51,154 nt of DNA from a virus (lineage: Duplodnaviria; Caudoviricetes). Position 1 is the first letter of the stretch; each line of letters starts with the position of its first letter. A program made the translations under genes and the position numbers. The notes under the pieces were generated by a model. It was given only the letters and a program-made list of their open reading frames with translations, did not search any database and was not told where the DNA came from. The stretch lies in IMG/VR virus record IMGVR_UViG_3300010401_000012, positions 1 to 51,154 of that record; one strand, given 5' to 3'. Below, piece after piece: positions 24,127 through 34,589 of this stretch.

Positions 24127-26220
24127 TTATTTTAAGCTGTTAAAAGGGATGTCTTCCCAAGTCTGTCCGTGTTTCTTAGCCATCTCTCTGCCCATCTTAT
24201 TGTACTTATGGATGTCTGTTTCTGACTTAAGATTCATCTTTTGTCCGAATTCATGCAAGGCATCCCAGTCCTTTAGGAAGGCTTCTGATTCATTAAGAGG
24301 GCGTACGTTGTCGTTGTTAGGCCAGCGTCTGCTAAATGCAGGAGGAGATTTACCTATATCGGGAACTCTTATATCAGCCATATTTTTGTTTATTAAAGTT
24401 GGTATACCTGTAGCATAAGGATCGTGTTGTAGTTCTCTAGCCATAATAGTACTTTCAGTACTTTGTGGAGAATTAAGGAACCTTTCAGTAGCAGTCATAC
24501 CTATGCGAGCTTGGACATTACGGGCTTCTACTTCACCCATAGTACTCAAGTACTTCTTTTTAGCTTCTTCCTTGGCTTCCCTTAAAAGCTTTTCACTCTT
24601 AGCTATATTACTTAATCGTTCGTAGATTTCAGGATGCTTTTCTTTAAGGAAAGATAACCTTTTATAGGCTATTGTACCCGGCTTAGCGTTACCTTCTAGT
24701 TCAATATTTACAGCACGTTGCATTTCCCCAACACGGGTAGCATTACCGAGCTCCCTCTCAGTATTAGCTAAAGCTTCATCGCGTATCTTAATGAAGTTTT
24801 CTTCTGCAGCGTGAAGTTCCTTAGGGATAAACATATTAGCATTACTGCCTTGTGCAAAACCTTCGTGTGTTTGAATTAGATGTTGGACTTCATGCATCAA
24901 CGTACTGTGAAAGGTTTCGGGGCTAAGCTCAGCCATATGTATTTCATTACCACCCTTGGCCATACCGTAATAAGGACTATCCTTAGCTAGTGGGTATACC
25001 TTTATATTCTGTAGCCAGGGATAAGCGTTATACAATGTAGGATGATATAAAATATGTCCGAGTACTTTTTGGTCCCTAGGTTGAGACAAAGATTTAAGTA
25101 AGTCTTCTAGAGTATTAGCATTTTGGATACCCTCATATGGGCCAGGAATACTAACAGTCTTTGTAACTTCTCCATGGTTCTTAGGACTGGTCCAACCAGT
25201 AGGATTATCAGTTACAGTTTCTGTAACGTTAAGGTGTTCTTCTTTTAGGTTACTATGTTTGTCATTAATCTCTTGTCGCCATCTACCATCAGCTCCACGG
25301 AATGTACCCGTATCTTGCCAGATATCATCTGGATGCATACTATTCATTTCCATCTCTTGAGCTTTGGATAGCTTTGTCCTATCGAAAGTCCTAGACTTAA
25401 CTCCCATAAAAGAACCTAACGTACCATCAGCCATCTTAGCAGCTACAGGAGCAGGTCCGAAGACCATCAGACTAGCCAGATCGAAAGACTTTTCGATACC
25501 TTGGTCAGACATAGGATCAATCTTACCACCGTAGACATCTCCTGGTAAACCAAAGGCACCTTTAACAGTGTCGTAGAACCCAGTAAGGATCTTCTTATCT
25601 TCTTCAAGATTAGGACCCTTTAACATACCTTTGACAGCATTTATAATGCTAGGTCTATTAATGATGGAAGGTTCTTGGGAACGTTCTGGGGGGTTTACGT
25701 AAGAAGTACCAGGAGGCAGAAGAACTGCATTAGGTTCTACTCTTTTGAAGTAGTCTTGTAGTTCTTCCATTGAATAGTTCTTTAGATTGGTGGACCCTGG
25801 GGTAAAGGTATCTCTACCTTGCTCATCAGTTCCCCAGTGTCCTCCTTTGTCTTCTCCCTTATGATACATACTCTCATCAGAGAAAGTGATGTGATTGGGT
25901 AGTTTATACGTGTCTGGGTAATGTTGTCCTGGAGCCATTTCAACCCCTGGATTAGCCTTCTGCCAAGATTCGTAATCGTAGTCAGGTTTAGTCTCAGGAG
26001 GTTTCTCCGGTGTCTGACTAAGGGCACTATGTTTTAACGCACCAGCGAGCTCCCTAAGGCTTCCTGGAGGCACTGTAACATCGAACCTAGACCTGAAATC
26101 ACCACTTGTAGTGTTAGAATCAATCTCAGCTTGGTCCGACTTCTGCTTAGGAGTCAGAGTATCTAAGACGTAGCTCATCTCGTCTTCGTGTGATGTACCT
26201 AGGCTAGTACCAAAACCCAT
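24127..26220 (-). CDS. Polyvalent (likely ejected) protein with LPD23-like segment and zincin metallopeptidase motif
   Basis: IWQDTGTFRGADGRWRQEIND; LMHEVQHLIQ..EGF; GEVEARNVQAR. Confidence 0.75.
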   Translation of the reverse strand: MGFGTSLGTSHEDEMSYVLDTLTPKQKSDQAEIDSNTTSGDFRSRFDVTVPPGSLRELAGALKHSALSQTPEKPPETKPDYDYESWQKANPGVEMAPGQHYPDTYKLPNHITFSDESMYHKGEDKGGHWGTDEQGRDTFTPGSTNLKNYSMEELQDYFKRVEPNAVLLPPGTSYVNPPERSQEPSIINRPSIINAVKGMLKGPNLEEDKKILTGFYDTVKGAFGLPGDVYGGKIDPMSDQGIEKSFDLASLMVFGPAPVAAKMADGTLGSFMGVKSRTFDRTKLSKAQEMEMNSMHPDDIWQDTGTFRGADGRWRQEINDKHSNLKEEHLNVTETVTDNPTGWTSPKNHGEVTKTVSIPGPYEGIQNANTLEDLLKSLSQPRDQKVLGHILYHPTLYNAYPWLQNIKVYPLAKDSPYYGMAKGGNEIHMAELSPETFHSTLMHEVQHLIQTHEGFAQGSNANMFIPKELHAAEENFIKIRDEALANTERELGNATRVGEMQRAVNIELEGNAKPGTIAYKRLSFLKEKHPEIYERLSNIAKSEKLLREAKEEAKKKYLSTMGEVEARNVQARIGMTATERFLNSPQSTESTIMARELQHDPYATGIPTLINKNMADIRVPDIGKSPPAFSRRWPNNDNVRPLNESEAFLKDWDALHEFGQKMNLKSETDIHKYNKMGREMAKKHGQTWEDIPFNSLK

Positions 26221-28490
26221 TATTCTTTAGCTCCTGGACGGAAGGTGTCTTCCATCTTCTGAAGCTTAGTCTTATTAGCTTGAATGACTGCTTCCATTAC
26301 TCTAGCAGGAAGACCGGTAGTCTTATCGTTAGGTGTCCATGTCCGTAGCATATCCTGAAGGATAGGCATGTTGGTGTCTTCGTTGTCTTTACGATAGAAC
26401 TGATGTAGGTTGTACATCGCAGAGTTCACACGGACGATTGTCTGCTCGACATTCCTTGCGGCAGCACCGAGGCTTCCCGGAGCATTGCGACTATCGAACA
26501 CAGCACCCTTGTCGTCTAGAAGGGCCATACGGGGAGGTTGCCCATTCTCACCTGTACTCCAGCCGATGTGAAGCTTACTGGTTTCTTTAAGAGGATCGTA
26601 GTTACCACTAACAGCGGCGTAAGGATTAACTATGTTAGTCGTATTTAAAGACGCTAGGTCTTTATTCATGAGCTTTGAAAACTCAGTACGTGTCCAGTTC
26701 TTAGCGTTGTCCCAAATCTGTGGACCATCGGGTACAGACTTACGAACCTTATCGAGGTTGTCTACGATGTCTGGGGATGTCATACGCTGGAATGCAGAAT
26801 ACTGACCAGGGATTTGTCGTTTAGTATAAGGATCGTAGTAGTCTAGTTTGATACCTTGAAGGATACCGATGTTCTCAGGATCATAGGCATGCCTAGCTAT
26901 GTTGGCCTTAAGCTCCACAGGAGCATTAGGGTCAGCGATAGTCTTAGGTATATTGAATGCCTCAGTCTTAAGCTTAGCTATGTCTTGGGGAGAATACTTC
27001 TGAGTACCATCAGCATTCTGTATCTTAGCTACCTTGTTGTCGATTTCATCGAGGGTCTGTTTCATAGTATTTACTTTACCACTACTGAGGAAATCAGGTT
27101 GGGTAGCAGCATCGATACGCTTTTCATTCCAGTAAGTATTTAAATCTTCTGTAACATTACCAACTAGCCCAGCCTTGATAAAGACATCAGCGTAGTTAGG
27201 AGCTATCTTCTGTAGAGTAGCTACCTTACGCATAGGAGGACCTAACGTAGGATGTTCTAGAAGAGCTCGTTGGTCTTGGTCACCCTGAGCAGCCATACGA
27301 CGTTGAACGTAAGTACCGATACCCCACTGTTGATTGTTGACACTCTTGATGTATTGATCGAGACCGGCGAGGTTACCTTCGATTTCTCCCTTGACCTTAT
27401 CTACACCGCCCATACGGGTGATATAATTTTGGCCTGTCTTATCTCTTTCAGAAGCACGTGCAAGACCAGCTTGGTACAGTTCGTCTCGTTTGGCGTTCAA
27501 AGCTGTTACGATAGCTTGGACTTGTTTAGGGTCGGCTTGGTCAGGGTTTTGAGACATTTCTGTAAGCCAGTTGACTGCATCTCTAAGAGACTTAGTACCT
27601 GTTCCTACTTGGATAAGTCCCATATCTCTATTTACTTTTTCACTAAATTCTGCAGAGAAATCTCTAGTAGCCACAGCAGCAGTGTCGTCACGATCACCCT
27701 TACGGGCAGTACGCTGGGCCTCAGCGGCTGTTACAGCAGCCTTAGCAGCTCTGGCCTTATAGATTTCATGGATAGCTTCATCGTCAGACATAAAAGGTTG
27801 GCCAGTCTTAGGATTGATAGCCTTATGCATAGACCAGATTTTGTCTGCGTTGTCGACATCACCTGACTTGACAGCTTCAAGAATGATGTTGTCTACTTTG
27901 TTCTTATCCGCATTACCTTTAGCTGCAAGGGTGTTGATGTCTTGCATAAGGTTCTTGTAGTAAGCATTAGCTGGGTCCATACCAGAATACTTACTGAACT
28001 GTTCATCGATGTAGTCTTTATAACCACTCCACTTAGCACGAAGACCACTGGCTTCTGAAGCCAACCTAGCTGAGTACAGTGTGTCGTTTATTCTGTTACC
28101 GGTGTTGCCTCCTGCAGCAAGGCTCTTAGCTCTGTCTAAACCTGTTTGTAGTCCGTCAGGTATATCCATACTAGCATTGGCGTCCATTATGGACTCGCCA
28201 CCACCAGCACTGGGTATCTGATTAGTTTGCTGCATACCTTTGAGAGTTTCTAGGTAAGTAGTGTAGTTATCCCGTTCTTTCTCAACTGTGTTCCTAACTG
28301 TGTCTTTGAGGTAGTTCTTGACAGTCGTATCTGCTACGGTAGCACCTTCTTCAATGCCTCTGGCTATAGTCTTTAGGGCTATACCAGTACTTTCATCAGC
28401 CGCTGGGACACCAAAACTACCTGGAGTACCGTGGGAATCTCTAACGAAGTTAGGGTCTTGAGAAGGGACTTGTGGGTTAAAGATAGCCAT
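26220..28490 (-). CDS. Putative internal virion/ejection protein
   Basis: 756 aa, helical; synteny after the tail genes. Confidence 0.7.
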   Translation of the reverse strand: MAIFNPQVPSQDPNFVRDSHGTPGSFGVPAADESTGIALKTIARGIEEGATVADTTVKNYLKDTVRNTVEKERDNYTTYLETLKGMQQTNQIPSAGGGESIMDANASMDIPDGLQTGLDRAKSLAAGGNTGNRINDTLYSARLASEASGLRAKWSGYKDYIDEQFSKYSGMDPANAYYKNLMQDINTLAAKGNADKNKVDNIILEAVKSGDVDNADKIWSMHKAINPKTGQPFMSDDEAIHEIYKARAAKAAVTAAEAQRTARKGDRDDTAAVATRDFSAEFSEKVNRDMGLIQVGTGTKSLRDAVNWLTEMSQNPDQADPKQVQAIVTALNAKRDELYQAGLARASERDKTGQNYITRMGGVDKVKGEIEGNLAGLDQYIKSVNNQQWGIGTYVQRRMAAQGDQDQRALLEHPTLGPPMRKVATLQKIAPNYADVFIKAGLVGNVTEDLNTYWNEKRIDAATQPDFLSSGKVNTMKQTLDEIDNKVAKIQNADGTQKYSPQDIAKLKTEAFNIPKTIADPNAPVELKANIARHAYDPENIGILQGIKLDYYDPYTKRQIPGQYSAFQRMTSPDIVDNLDKVRKSVPDGPQIWDNAKNWTRTEFSKLMNKDLASLNTTNIVNPYAAVSGNYDPLKETSKLHIGWSTGENGQPPRMALLDDKGAVFDSRNAPGSLGAAARNVEQTIVRVNSAMYNLHQFYRKDNEDTNMPILQDMLRTWTPNDKTTGLPARVMEAVIQANKTKLQKMEDTFRPGAKE

Positions 28491-31400
28491 TATTGGTTAT
28501 TCCTGAGTTCTTTTCTGTATTGTTCAAGTCTGGTTTGCGGGACATCCGATTGGAACCACTTACGTGTCGGGACGTTATTGAGACCGAACGAGTAGTCACC
28601 ACGACCGATGATGTCTTCCATTGATTTATTCATTGCTGCCGTGGCTTCTGCCCGACGGGAAATTGGAAAGCCTCCTATTTCTAGGATTGCTTTCATTCTT
28701 GTGCCCATCTTTGTAGCTAGATCATAGTCTTTGTCTTTGACAGCCAAGGCCCATCGACGACCATCTTCAGCGTATACCTTCATTAGGTACTTCTGGTAGT
28801 TGTCTTCACCCTTACTTATCTGACCCTTCTGGAAGGCGTCGTCTTGCTTTTGGGGGGACAACCCAGTCATACCCATGAATATCGCTGATGGAGCTGAGAT
28901 GTCTTTAGTGACGGTGGCTTCTTGTTTGTTAAACCATATACCGTAGTTCAGAGCGGCGTAGACTTTCCAAGCTTGGTTGTAGGAAGATATCTCCTTGAAG
29001 AGATCAGAGAAGTCACTACCGGTTAGAGGGTAAATAGATTTATCATCTGAACGAATAATACCGAGGATATGTCTTAGGAAAGGATCACCACTTGCAACCG
29101 TGTTAGCAAAGATACCTAACGATGCACCACCAAGGATTGAAAGCATAGTGCTGTCTTGGCGGAAGATATCACGTACTTGAGTAAAGCCTGACGGTCCTAG
29201 TCGGTTACCGACGTTATACGTCTGACCGGTCGCCATGGTCATAATCCAAGATGGGATACCTTCCATAGCCATAGTTGTCAGGTAGTTGTCATTGATGACA
29301 TACCCACGATCGATAGCTTCTCGTCGTATAGCGTCTACCATCGGTATACCCGAAGCAGACAATCCCGGACCTGCACCGTAGAGTGCAGAGTACATACCGA
29401 GTATTCTAAGTCGTGCAGCAGTACGTTCGCCTATGGTCTCACCGAGGCGTTTACCCCAGAAGAGTTCTCCCATACGGAGTTGGTAACTAAGGAACTGACT
29501 GGTCATGCTAAAGACACCACCGTGTAATACGGAGGCTGAAGCACGAGACATGTTGTTATTAAGAAGGTCGGCGTAGTTAAGGATTTCTGCTTTATCTATA
29601 TCGTTAAGTATCTTGCCGGGGTTCTCATCCATGAACTTCCTGAATGATGTATAGTACGCAGTAGTACGGCTCGCTCGTTCACCTTCGTCGAAGAACACTC
29701 GGCCTGCTTTTAAGAAGCTACCAAATTCACCCTTGACGAATTCTGGTTTAGAGACGTCATCATAAGCATGTTCATGTCCGACTTTCTCGAAGCCAGACTC
29801 ATTGAAGTTCTTTCTAGCTTCTAGGAACTCACCGGGCTTCCACTTACTACCAAACATATTAAGCTTAGTGGCGTACTCGTCGAGATGCTTGAGTATCTCT
29901 GGGTTCTCAGTAAACCTAGCCCAAGTATGAAGGAGTGTAGCGTAAGTACCAACAGTACCGTGACGAGGTTCAATAGCCCAGATCAGTGCGTGGCTCTGTG
30001 CCTGTACAAGGAACTGGGGAATACTGAATAGCCCAAGTTTGAAGTTAAAGGCCATACTACGTAGATAGTCGACAGGGTCAGTGACCTTAGAAAGCATACG
30101 AAGAGGGATTATCTTGACGTTATCTACGACACTCCTAGAGCCTTCTGGACCGTACTTAGTGTAAGCCCGGTCAGATAACTCTTGAGTCAATCCATCGATC
30201 CAGGTATCAAACTTATCTGGGATGCCAATGAACTGTTTAACCTTCATTCGGTTGCTGCGAACAATCCATTGAGTGGCTTTGTCTACGCCGGGTTTGAAAT
30301 CAAACGGAGCATTCTCGAAGTGCCACATAGGAGAACTACGAAGATCACTCTCACTAGCTTTGAGGTGGGCTGCGTTCTCACGCATCCATGCTTCTACTGC
30401 GTGAAGTTTATAGTCGTCCATGAAGACTGAATTGATAGCCCTGTTAAGACTTCTATTGAGGGTAGGAATAGGATCAACGAAGTCAGCAGGCTGATAGTGG
30501 TAAAGGGCATTTCCCTTAGTACCTGTATCAGTTATATTCATCAACCGGCCACTGTCTCGTTCTTGGTTCCAACCAACTCTAAACTGAGCTGCGTCGCTAC
30601 CAGACTTGACAGCGTTATTCCATGTCCCTGGGTATTTATCTTCGAGTGTTTTATCTAGGTCAGCGATCAATCTATTCTTAGGAACTAGCCTAAATTCTTG
30701 ATCAGTATCCAACGCAGGAGGTATTATCTTACCCCCAGGGCCACGACTAGGCTTATACCATTTGCTGAATTCGTCCCACTCCATAGGAAGGGTACGTCTA
30801 GCCAATGCCTCAGCATCTACCCATTTATCGTCGTGGATTAGCTTACGGACAGCTTCCATCTTTTCAGTCATAGCTCTGCCCATGACTCTGTTCTGGACGC
30901 CCATTACTGTGACGTCTCCGACGTAGTCATGTTGGAAGGTACGACGTTTATCCGAACCCGCAGCACCGCCCTGCTGGGGTACGACTCTAGCTACCTTGAC
31001 GTAGTTATCGACGTCATGTTCAAAGTGACCACCACCTCTACGATTGACGTGATTGAATTCTAGTTCCTTCGTAGAAGCATCTTTAGTAAAGACATACCTA
31101 ATACGTTCATTACCGGCTACGTTACTGAACTCACTCAACGGATGGGCATCAGGATTATAAATCCGGATTACCTTACCACCACCATTCTGGGTAAGCTTCT
31201 TTAGATTATCTCTAGTAGGCTTGTCCATAGAGTTTAGGTTGTAGATTTTCTCATCACCTAGCCTGTCTCCCATGACAAGGATTTGATCCTTACCACCGGG
31301 AAAGGATTTCTCCTGCATACCATCGAACCACGTACTAGAGAGTTTTTCTCTACCGTTCATTACATTGATTTGATGTTGAGCTGCACCTAACCTAGCTCGA

Positions 31401-33943
31401 TTGCGGTACTCAGCCATCTCTGCAAAGATACGTTCAGCTTCGTAGGTCCGGACATACGCACGATAAGCTTCATGCTCAGCCATTGAAGCTGGACGATTGA
31501 AGAAACGAATGTACAGGTCGTTCAATGCGCCGGGGGTTTGTTCGAACCACCCGGGCTCACCTGTGATAGGGTCTTTTGCTTCCGTCTTGGCGTAGTTTAA
31601 GACTCTATTGAATTGCTCAGAGATTTCTTTATTGCTGATCTGGCCAAGCCAAGCCTTAGGTCTAGCCCAAGCGAGCTTAGCCCCAGTTACTGGATCATTA
31701 CGGATAATGCCTGTAGAGACTTGTTTGATATACTTACCTTGTTCGTCAGCCCATTCACGGAAACGATTGATACCGTAGGTAGCAGTCTTACGCTGCATCG
31801 TCTCATATTTGGCCAACGTATTATCAGCACCAGTGATCCACCCAATGGCCGCCTGTCTCCAAGCGGTTATGCCTTTAGCTGAACTAGTAGACAACGCATT
31901 GGGATCAGGACGATCTTTAGTACCAATGAGCATATCTCTGAAGAGGTCGCTAGTTTCATCGACATAGTGATTGATCACAAACTTATAACCAATACCATGT
32001 TGTTCGACAACAGGATCAATAGGAGTCAAACGACTAGTTATATCTTTTAGATCACCTTGATACTTCTTGATAGTAGCTTTGAAGAAATCCCTATCTGCCT
32101 TAAGAGAAGTTAACTTAGCTTTTCCATCTACGATCTCATCACTAGGAACATAGCTTTCTTTACCTTCGTACTTAACCTTTTGGTATTTACGACCATCAGG
32201 ACCAACTTGAGGTTCTTCTTTGACAATCTCTATAGGGAAGTCACCATCCTTGTTCCTCCATATAGTCTTAGCCCCCTTAGTCTCCTTAGAAGCAACCCTA
32301 ATCTTAGCTTCAGTATCTTTAAGAGCACGCTGTGCAGCAGGAATACTATCTTCTAGTTGTGCCTTACGGCGGAGGTCTGTCTTGTTACCCATCAACCGGG
32401 CAGGTTCTTTTTCTACAGAACCAATAGCTTCTTCAACGTGGACATTCTTGAAACCATTGAGTTCAGCGTTGTTCTTAGCTACATCTATTTCACTAAACAG
32501 ATTACCGTCGGCATTACCAAAGGAAACCCTATGACGGAATGCTAGACGTAATTCATCGTACTCAGGATTACTAATATCAAGTATTTGGTTATCTACACCG
32601 CGATATGTTTCTCTGGCTGCTTCATTAAGCTTAGCGACGTACTCAGGGTCTTGTAGAGGAGTTACAGCACGACGGACGCGGGCAGAGGTATCTAGAGTAT
32701 TCTCTAGTTTAACTCTAGCCGCTACGTCTTGATCATATAGACGGGTCGCTTGTTCTCTGGACAGACCTTCATAATTTTCGAAGATCTTTTCACTGTCCAT
32801 ACGGAGATTGGTAGTCAGTGTGTCCATTGGACTTACTGTCCTACCAGCGGTAGCTGTCTCTATGACTTTAGTTTCTGCAGCAGTCTTTAGGTCTCCGCCT
32901 ACTTCAGCAATCTTGCTGACTGTAGGAGTACCCATAGCTTCCGCACCCTTTACAGCTTCTTTGAATGCCTTGTTAGTTTGGTTGAATAAATTACCATAAC
33001 GGATGACGTTAAGACTACCTTTAGCCGCAGCAGCGATGTCAAAGGGAGCTAGGAGGGTAAAAGCGTTATCAAGAAGGCGATCATCATTAGCCTTGCCAAC
33101 TGCGTACTCAGCGTACTGCACAGCAAGACTAGGATTGTCTTTCTTTAGTTTATTGAAAGTAAGAAGAAACTCTTCCTTAGCTTGGGCCAAAGGTATTTCA
33201 TAAAGATGATCAGCTTGGGCTTGTAAGTTACTACCAAGTAGTAAACCATTACTGAAGAAGCCTTGTCCTGGACTAGGACGCATCTTAAGTTCAGGGTAGA
33301 TTTGGGTCATACCCTTAAGCAAGTCTACGCCCCAACTAAAGTAACCCTGCTGTTGGTAAGCCTCTTGGGCATTCTGTAATTGGGTTCTAAAGAACTCCAT
33401 ACGTGTAGTGATATCTTCAGCCTTAGCCTTAGCAGCTTCGACGTGTTCGGGTACATCAAGCATAGCTTGGTTATACCAACTCGAAGTAGCTATTGCTGCA
33501 GCATCTTGAAGGCTACCAACATATTTCTTGGCGTAACTACTTTCAATAACTAAATCAGGATCAGTTCTTTCGAATGGACGAGTGATGTAGTCGACTTCAG
33601 CCGTCGTTAGAGGACCTTGCTTTCTAGCAGCATACTTTATGAGTTCACCTTGTTTAATTGCGTTAGCTTGTTGATCGAGCTTGCCTGCAGCTTCCTGACG
33701 TACAGTGTCTTCATGTCCAGTAGCAATATCTTGATAGATTTGTTCTGCACTCCTCTTCATGACATTGTTAGCGCCATAGTTGACCTTAAAGGTACGCTCT
33801 TGCGCTAAGGCAGGAGACGGAGGTACATTCGCAGAAGGATCACCCTCAGGTACTAAACTTATCTGTTCAGGAACGGGCTGAGTATCAAGGGTTTGTTCGG
33901 AAGGATTTAGGGTAATTAGGGGTAGGTTTAGGGTCTCGTCCAT
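28490..33943 (-). CDS. Large internal virion/ejection protein (T7 gp16-like position)
   Basis: 1817 aa; synteny. Confidence 0.75.
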   Translation of the reverse strand: MDETLNLPLITLNPSEQTLDTQPVPEQISLVPEGDPSANVPPSPALAQERTFKVNYGANNVMKRSAEQIYQDIATGHEDTVRQEAAGKLDQQANAIKQGELIKYAARKQGPLTTAEVDYITRPFERTDPDLVIESSYAKKYVGSLQDAAAIATSSWYNQAMLDVPEHVEAAKAKAEDITTRMEFFRTQLQNAQEAYQQQGYFSWGVDLLKGMTQIYPELKMRPSPGQGFFSNGLLLGSNLQAQADHLYEIPLAQAKEEFLLTFNKLKKDNPSLAVQYAEYAVGKANDDRLLDNAFTLLAPFDIAAAAKGSLNVIRYGNLFNQTNKAFKEAVKGAEAMGTPTVSKIAEVGGDLKTAAETKVIETATAGRTVSPMDTLTTNLRMDSEKIFENYEGLSREQATRLYDQDVAARVKLENTLDTSARVRRAVTPLQDPEYVAKLNEAARETYRGVDNQILDISNPEYDELRLAFRHRVSFGNADGNLFSEIDVAKNNAELNGFKNVHVEEAIGSVEKEPARLMGNKTDLRRKAQLEDSIPAAQRALKDTEAKIRVASKETKGAKTIWRNKDGDFPIEIVKEEPQVGPDGRKYQKVKYEGKESYVPSDEIVDGKAKLTSLKADRDFFKATIKKYQGDLKDITSRLTPIDPVVEQHGIGYKFVINHYVDETSDLFRDMLIGTKDRPDPNALSTSSAKGITAWRQAAIGWITGADNTLAKYETMQRKTATYGINRFREWADEQGKYIKQVSTGIIRNDPVTGAKLAWARPKAWLGQISNKEISEQFNRVLNYAKTEAKDPITGEPGWFEQTPGALNDLYIRFFNRPASMAEHEAYRAYVRTYEAERIFAEMAEYRNRARLGAAQHQINVMNGREKLSSTWFDGMQEKSFPGGKDQILVMGDRLGDEKIYNLNSMDKPTRDNLKKLTQNGGGKVIRIYNPDAHPLSEFSNVAGNERIRYVFTKDASTKELEFNHVNRRGGGHFEHDVDNYVKVARVVPQQGGAAGSDKRRTFQHDYVGDVTVMGVQNRVMGRAMTEKMEAVRKLIHDDKWVDAEALARRTLPMEWDEFSKWYKPSRGPGGKIIPPALDTDQEFRLVPKNRLIADLDKTLEDKYPGTWNNAVKSGSDAAQFRVGWNQERDSGRLMNITDTGTKGNALYHYQPADFVDPIPTLNRSLNRAINSVFMDDYKLHAVEAWMRENAAHLKASESDLRSSPMWHFENAPFDFKPGVDKATQWIVRSNRMKVKQFIGIPDKFDTWIDGLTQELSDRAYTKYGPEGSRSVVDNVKIIPLRMLSKVTDPVDYLRSMAFNFKLGLFSIPQFLVQAQSHALIWAIEPRHGTVGTYATLLHTWARFTENPEILKHLDEYATKLNMFGSKWKPGEFLEARKNFNESGFEKVGHEHAYDDVSKPEFVKGEFGSFLKAGRVFFDEGERASRTTAYYTSFRKFMDENPGKILNDIDKAEILNYADLLNNNMSRASASVLHGGVFSMTSQFLSYQLRMGELFWGKRLGETIGERTAARLRILGMYSALYGAGPGLSASGIPMVDAIRREAIDRGYVINDNYLTTMAMEGIPSWIMTMATGQTYNVGNRLGPSGFTQVRDIFRQDSTMLSILGGASLGIFANTVASGDPFLRHILGIIRSDDKSIYPLTGSDFSDLFKEISSYNQAWKVYAALNYGIWFNKQEATVTKDISAPSAIFMGMTGLSPQKQDDAFQKGQISKGEDNYQKYLMKVYAEDGRRWALAVKDKDYDLATKMGTRMKAILEIGGFPISRRAEATAAMNKSMEDIIGRGDYSFGLNNVPTRKWFQSDVPQTRLEQYRKELRNNQ

Positions 33944-33973
33944 TAATAAAGAACACCTGTGTTTTTAATTTTA

Positions 33974-34588
33974 TTATGCATGTCCGATACCTCCCATACC
34001 AGCCGGGGTACCATAACTCCCAGAACTACCTATGTTATTAAAGAAAGAACCACCGATACTACCAATAGTAGGACCAGCTTTCATGAATGCTCCACCTAGA
34101 CTTGCAATTCCTTGGTCTGTCGCAGACTTTCCTTGCACTTGTGCTAGCTGTCCTTGGTATTGAGCGATCTGTTGCTTCTTGGCTGTAATATCTTTATTGA
34201 TGTCAAACATCGCTTCGCCTATCTGTAAATTCTGTTGAACACCAGCGAGATTAAACAGACCTTGACCTTCAATCTGAGATAGACCACCTTGAAGACCCGT
34301 ACCAAGGTTTGCTCCCTGGTTCGTAGCATTGTTTATAGCTGAAGACCTAGCACGTTGATTAGCTCGTAGTATTTCTACACTTTGACGATGGGCCTGTAGC
34401 TCCATCGCTTTACGACGTTGGTCTTCCAGTCTGCCCTCATCCCCCATAATAGCACTTTGAACTCCTGCTATTTGACTTTGTATTTGCGAAGCTTGTTTAG
34501 CATCATCAGCAGCAGAAGCTCCACCAAAGAGAGACATGCCTAAACCTACAACTTGAGAAGCCATAGTTAAGGCTGTAAACGGGTCCAT
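33974..34588 (-). CDS. Internal virion protein (gp14-like pilot)
   Basis: MDPFT...Ala/Gly/Gln-rich, directly after the nozzle gene. Confidence 0.75.
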   Translation of the reverse strand: MDPFTALTMASQVVGLGMSLFGGASAADDAKQASQIQSQIAGVQSAIMGDEGRLEDQRRKAMELQAHRQSVEILRANQRARSSAINNATNQGANLGTGLQGGLSQIEGQGLFNLAGVQQNLQIGEAMFDINKDITAKKQQIAQYQGQLAQVQGKSATDQGIASLGGAFMKAGPTIGSIGGSFFNNIGSSGSYGTPAGMGGIGHA

Positions 34589-34589
34589 C

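Noticed and set aside
28490-33943. Virion RNA polymerase
   Set aside because: No DxDGD or T7-type RNAP motifs seen; about half the size of the N4 vRNAP
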